Below are positions 51,051-64,000 of a DNA stretch of 64,000 nt, piece by piece; position 1 is the stretch's first letter; the number at the start of each line of letters is the position of its first letter. The notes below the pieces were generated by a model. That model ran no database searches. It was not told the DNA's origin and worked only from the letters and a program-made list of their open reading frames with translations. A program made the position numbers and the translations under genes. Origin of the DNA: Macrostomum lignano (Eukaryota); assembly GCA_002269645.1 (NCBI GenBank), contig NIVC01000282.1:558001-622000 (forward strand), in the 5' to 3' direction.

Positions 51051-51749
51051 ATACAGTGAAATAGATCTAGTTTACGCTCGTAGACATTGACAAATCTCGG
51101 TCGTTAAAACTTCAACTAGAAACAAACACCTAAATAAAAAGATAATATGATGGTTTGCATACTCGTACATTCTTCTGTATTTTCTGCAACTCAGTACATG
51201 CATGTCATTTTTCAAGTTTATTGTTCTTCCATTTTACTTGTCCGAGATTCTTACACGAAGTCGGTAGATTTCAGCCGAATGTGACACTGCCTAAAAATCA
51301 AAATAAACAGTACAAAAATACATTTGGATAATTTTCTGTAAGGTTTGACAATATAATCGAACAAGTCATGCACTTGCCAGCAATATTGATTGTGTGTACT
51401 TTGCAGATTTGAAAATTGCGCAAACACAAGAGACACAAAAAAGAAAGAGGTGAGACAGTGAGAAGTAATGGGGAAAGTGAAATACAGGCAAAAGCGACAG
51501 CTCCTTACAATTAGAAGGGATTCGGTCCTCCTAAACACAAAAACTTATAGAACGTCGTCCCAATAGGCAAGTATTGAGTGATTAGCTATATTAATAAGCA
51601 GAAGTTGAGCTCGGTCCGGGCATATAACTAAAAGCAAGTTAAAAACGTACTATAGCTATACCTTAGAGACTCTACTCCTTTTAAAAAAGTTAGTCTTTTA
51701 AAGAACCAATTTACCTTCAAGTTATCTTCCCATAAGCCTATTCAGGGGA

Positions 51750-51975
51750 CCTAAAACGCTTAGGCCTCTAAGGGTGACCTTGAACGCTTAGGCCTCAAAG
51801 GTTGATCTTGAACGCTTAGGCCTCCAAGGGTGACCTTGAAAGCTTAGGCCTCCAAGGTTGATCTTGAACGCTTAGGCCTCCAAGGGTGACCTTGAAAGCT
51901 TAGGCCTTCAAGTGACCTTTAAAGTTTTTAACCTACAAGTGACCTTGAACGTTTTTAGCTTTCAAGTGACCTTAT
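51750..51975. repeat. Degenerate ~29-bp tandem repeat (GACCTTGAACGCTTAGGCCTCCAAGG)
   Basis: Direct reading. Confidence 0.8.
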
Positions 51976-53111
51976 ATACCCAAATAGTGTCTAATAAAAA
52001 CCTAAGTAAGCCTGACATGCCGTAGCGTTAAATCCCTAAGCAGAGCCAAGCAAGCGCATGTTCAACCAAAGCTGTCAGGTATTCTGTACATTAACAAATT
52101 TATCTAGAATTCCGCAATGCCTATCAGAGTATAATAGCAGGTTATAATAGCAGCAAATCTGTTGGCGCGAGTCAATTTTGGCAATGACATTCAGTTCAGT
52201 GCACTCAATCGAGAACCAAAAAGGACATTCCAGCTATTACTTAACGAGCATTAATTGTAACAAACCATAATGCAATGAGGGCTAGGCGCACATAGAGATA
52301 GAAGGATAGAAGCCCACCAAATCACAACTAACAGAACAATGGGAGGATTAAGATGACTCAGCGTCAATAATTAAATTTGGATCGGGTCAATTTTTTTAAC
52401 GGCTAAAGAAAGCAAATCAACAAACACGGTAGGCAGGCAAAAAAGGATCTAAAAAAAGAGGTTGAAGCGCACAGCGCGCCACCCCAGACTCGCGAACGGA
52501 CTGAGACTAGATGCGCGGTGATTAAAACTAAACAAAAATTTAATTGGACCAGCTAGAGGCGAGGTTAACATCTCGGGACTGTAGGCTTTCAATGAGTAAT
52601 ACTTACAGCAAGAGTGGACAAGCACGGGTGCAGCTCCCGGTTCGTCTTAGCGTTCCGTCTGGCACTAACTACTCGTAGCACCACTTGTATTTTGGTGTCA
52701 GCATAGTATCTATGAATTTTGCGCGTTTGTAGAAAAAAATACTTGTCAGATAGAAGCCCGCTACTCAGAGTAGAAAGGCCAACATATTGCGCACAAAAAT
52801 GACACAGGCAGCAAATAAATAATTGGATAACTCTGTCAGCACACGTGGGGGCAAAGCTTAAACGCAGAAAGGTAGAAAATTTCGGGTCTACAGGTAAATT
52901 GGTTTGTATTTGGTACATTGAAAGCGAATTCACATGCGCGGGGCTGCTGGCAGCAGAGCCTGACTTGGAGAAAATTCCTTAGCTGATCTTCCTGCCCTTT
53001 CAGACTGTTCAAAACTGGATAGGACATTCAGCTCATCAAATCTCTGTAACGATTTCAACTACGGCGCTGCTGCCACCACCAGCTTCTGACACAATTTTCA
53101 TTTGCTTAATT

Positions 53112-64000
<10,889 letters not shown>

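Overview
Metazoan genomic DNA with spliceosomal introns and very abundant simple and tandem repeats. The repeat style suggests a flatworm such as Macrostomum, but that is inference only. Genes built by hand from splice sites and frame: (1) a 14-exon rdgB/Nir-type PITPNM gene (+, 8829-32962) with PITP, FFAT, DDHD and LNS2 domains; (2) a 3-exon carotenoid cleavage oxygenase with an apparent signal peptide (+, 37087-38858); (3) an intronless SLC22-like MFS transporter (+, 39845-41797); (4) FoxJ2/3 (+, 45630-47707); (5) a universal stress protein (+, 49901-50368); (6) the 3' part of an L-type Cav1 channel alpha-1 gene (-, 53112 to beyond 64000). Mobile DNA includes a young 5'-truncated RT/RNase H LINE with a target-site duplication, a decayed APE-endonuclease LINE fragment, two tRNA-derived SINE families, an IS630/Tc1-like deletion derivative and several MITE-like elements. 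Most long ORFs in the supplied track are artefacts of tandem repeats. The strongest leads are duplicated, probably mutually exclusive Cav1 IVS6 exons that differ at a dihydropyridine-binding position, a carotenoid oxygenase that looks secreted, an apparently intact Ser-Asp-His lipase triad in the PITPNM DDHD region, and a different private minisatellite in almost every PITPNM intron.
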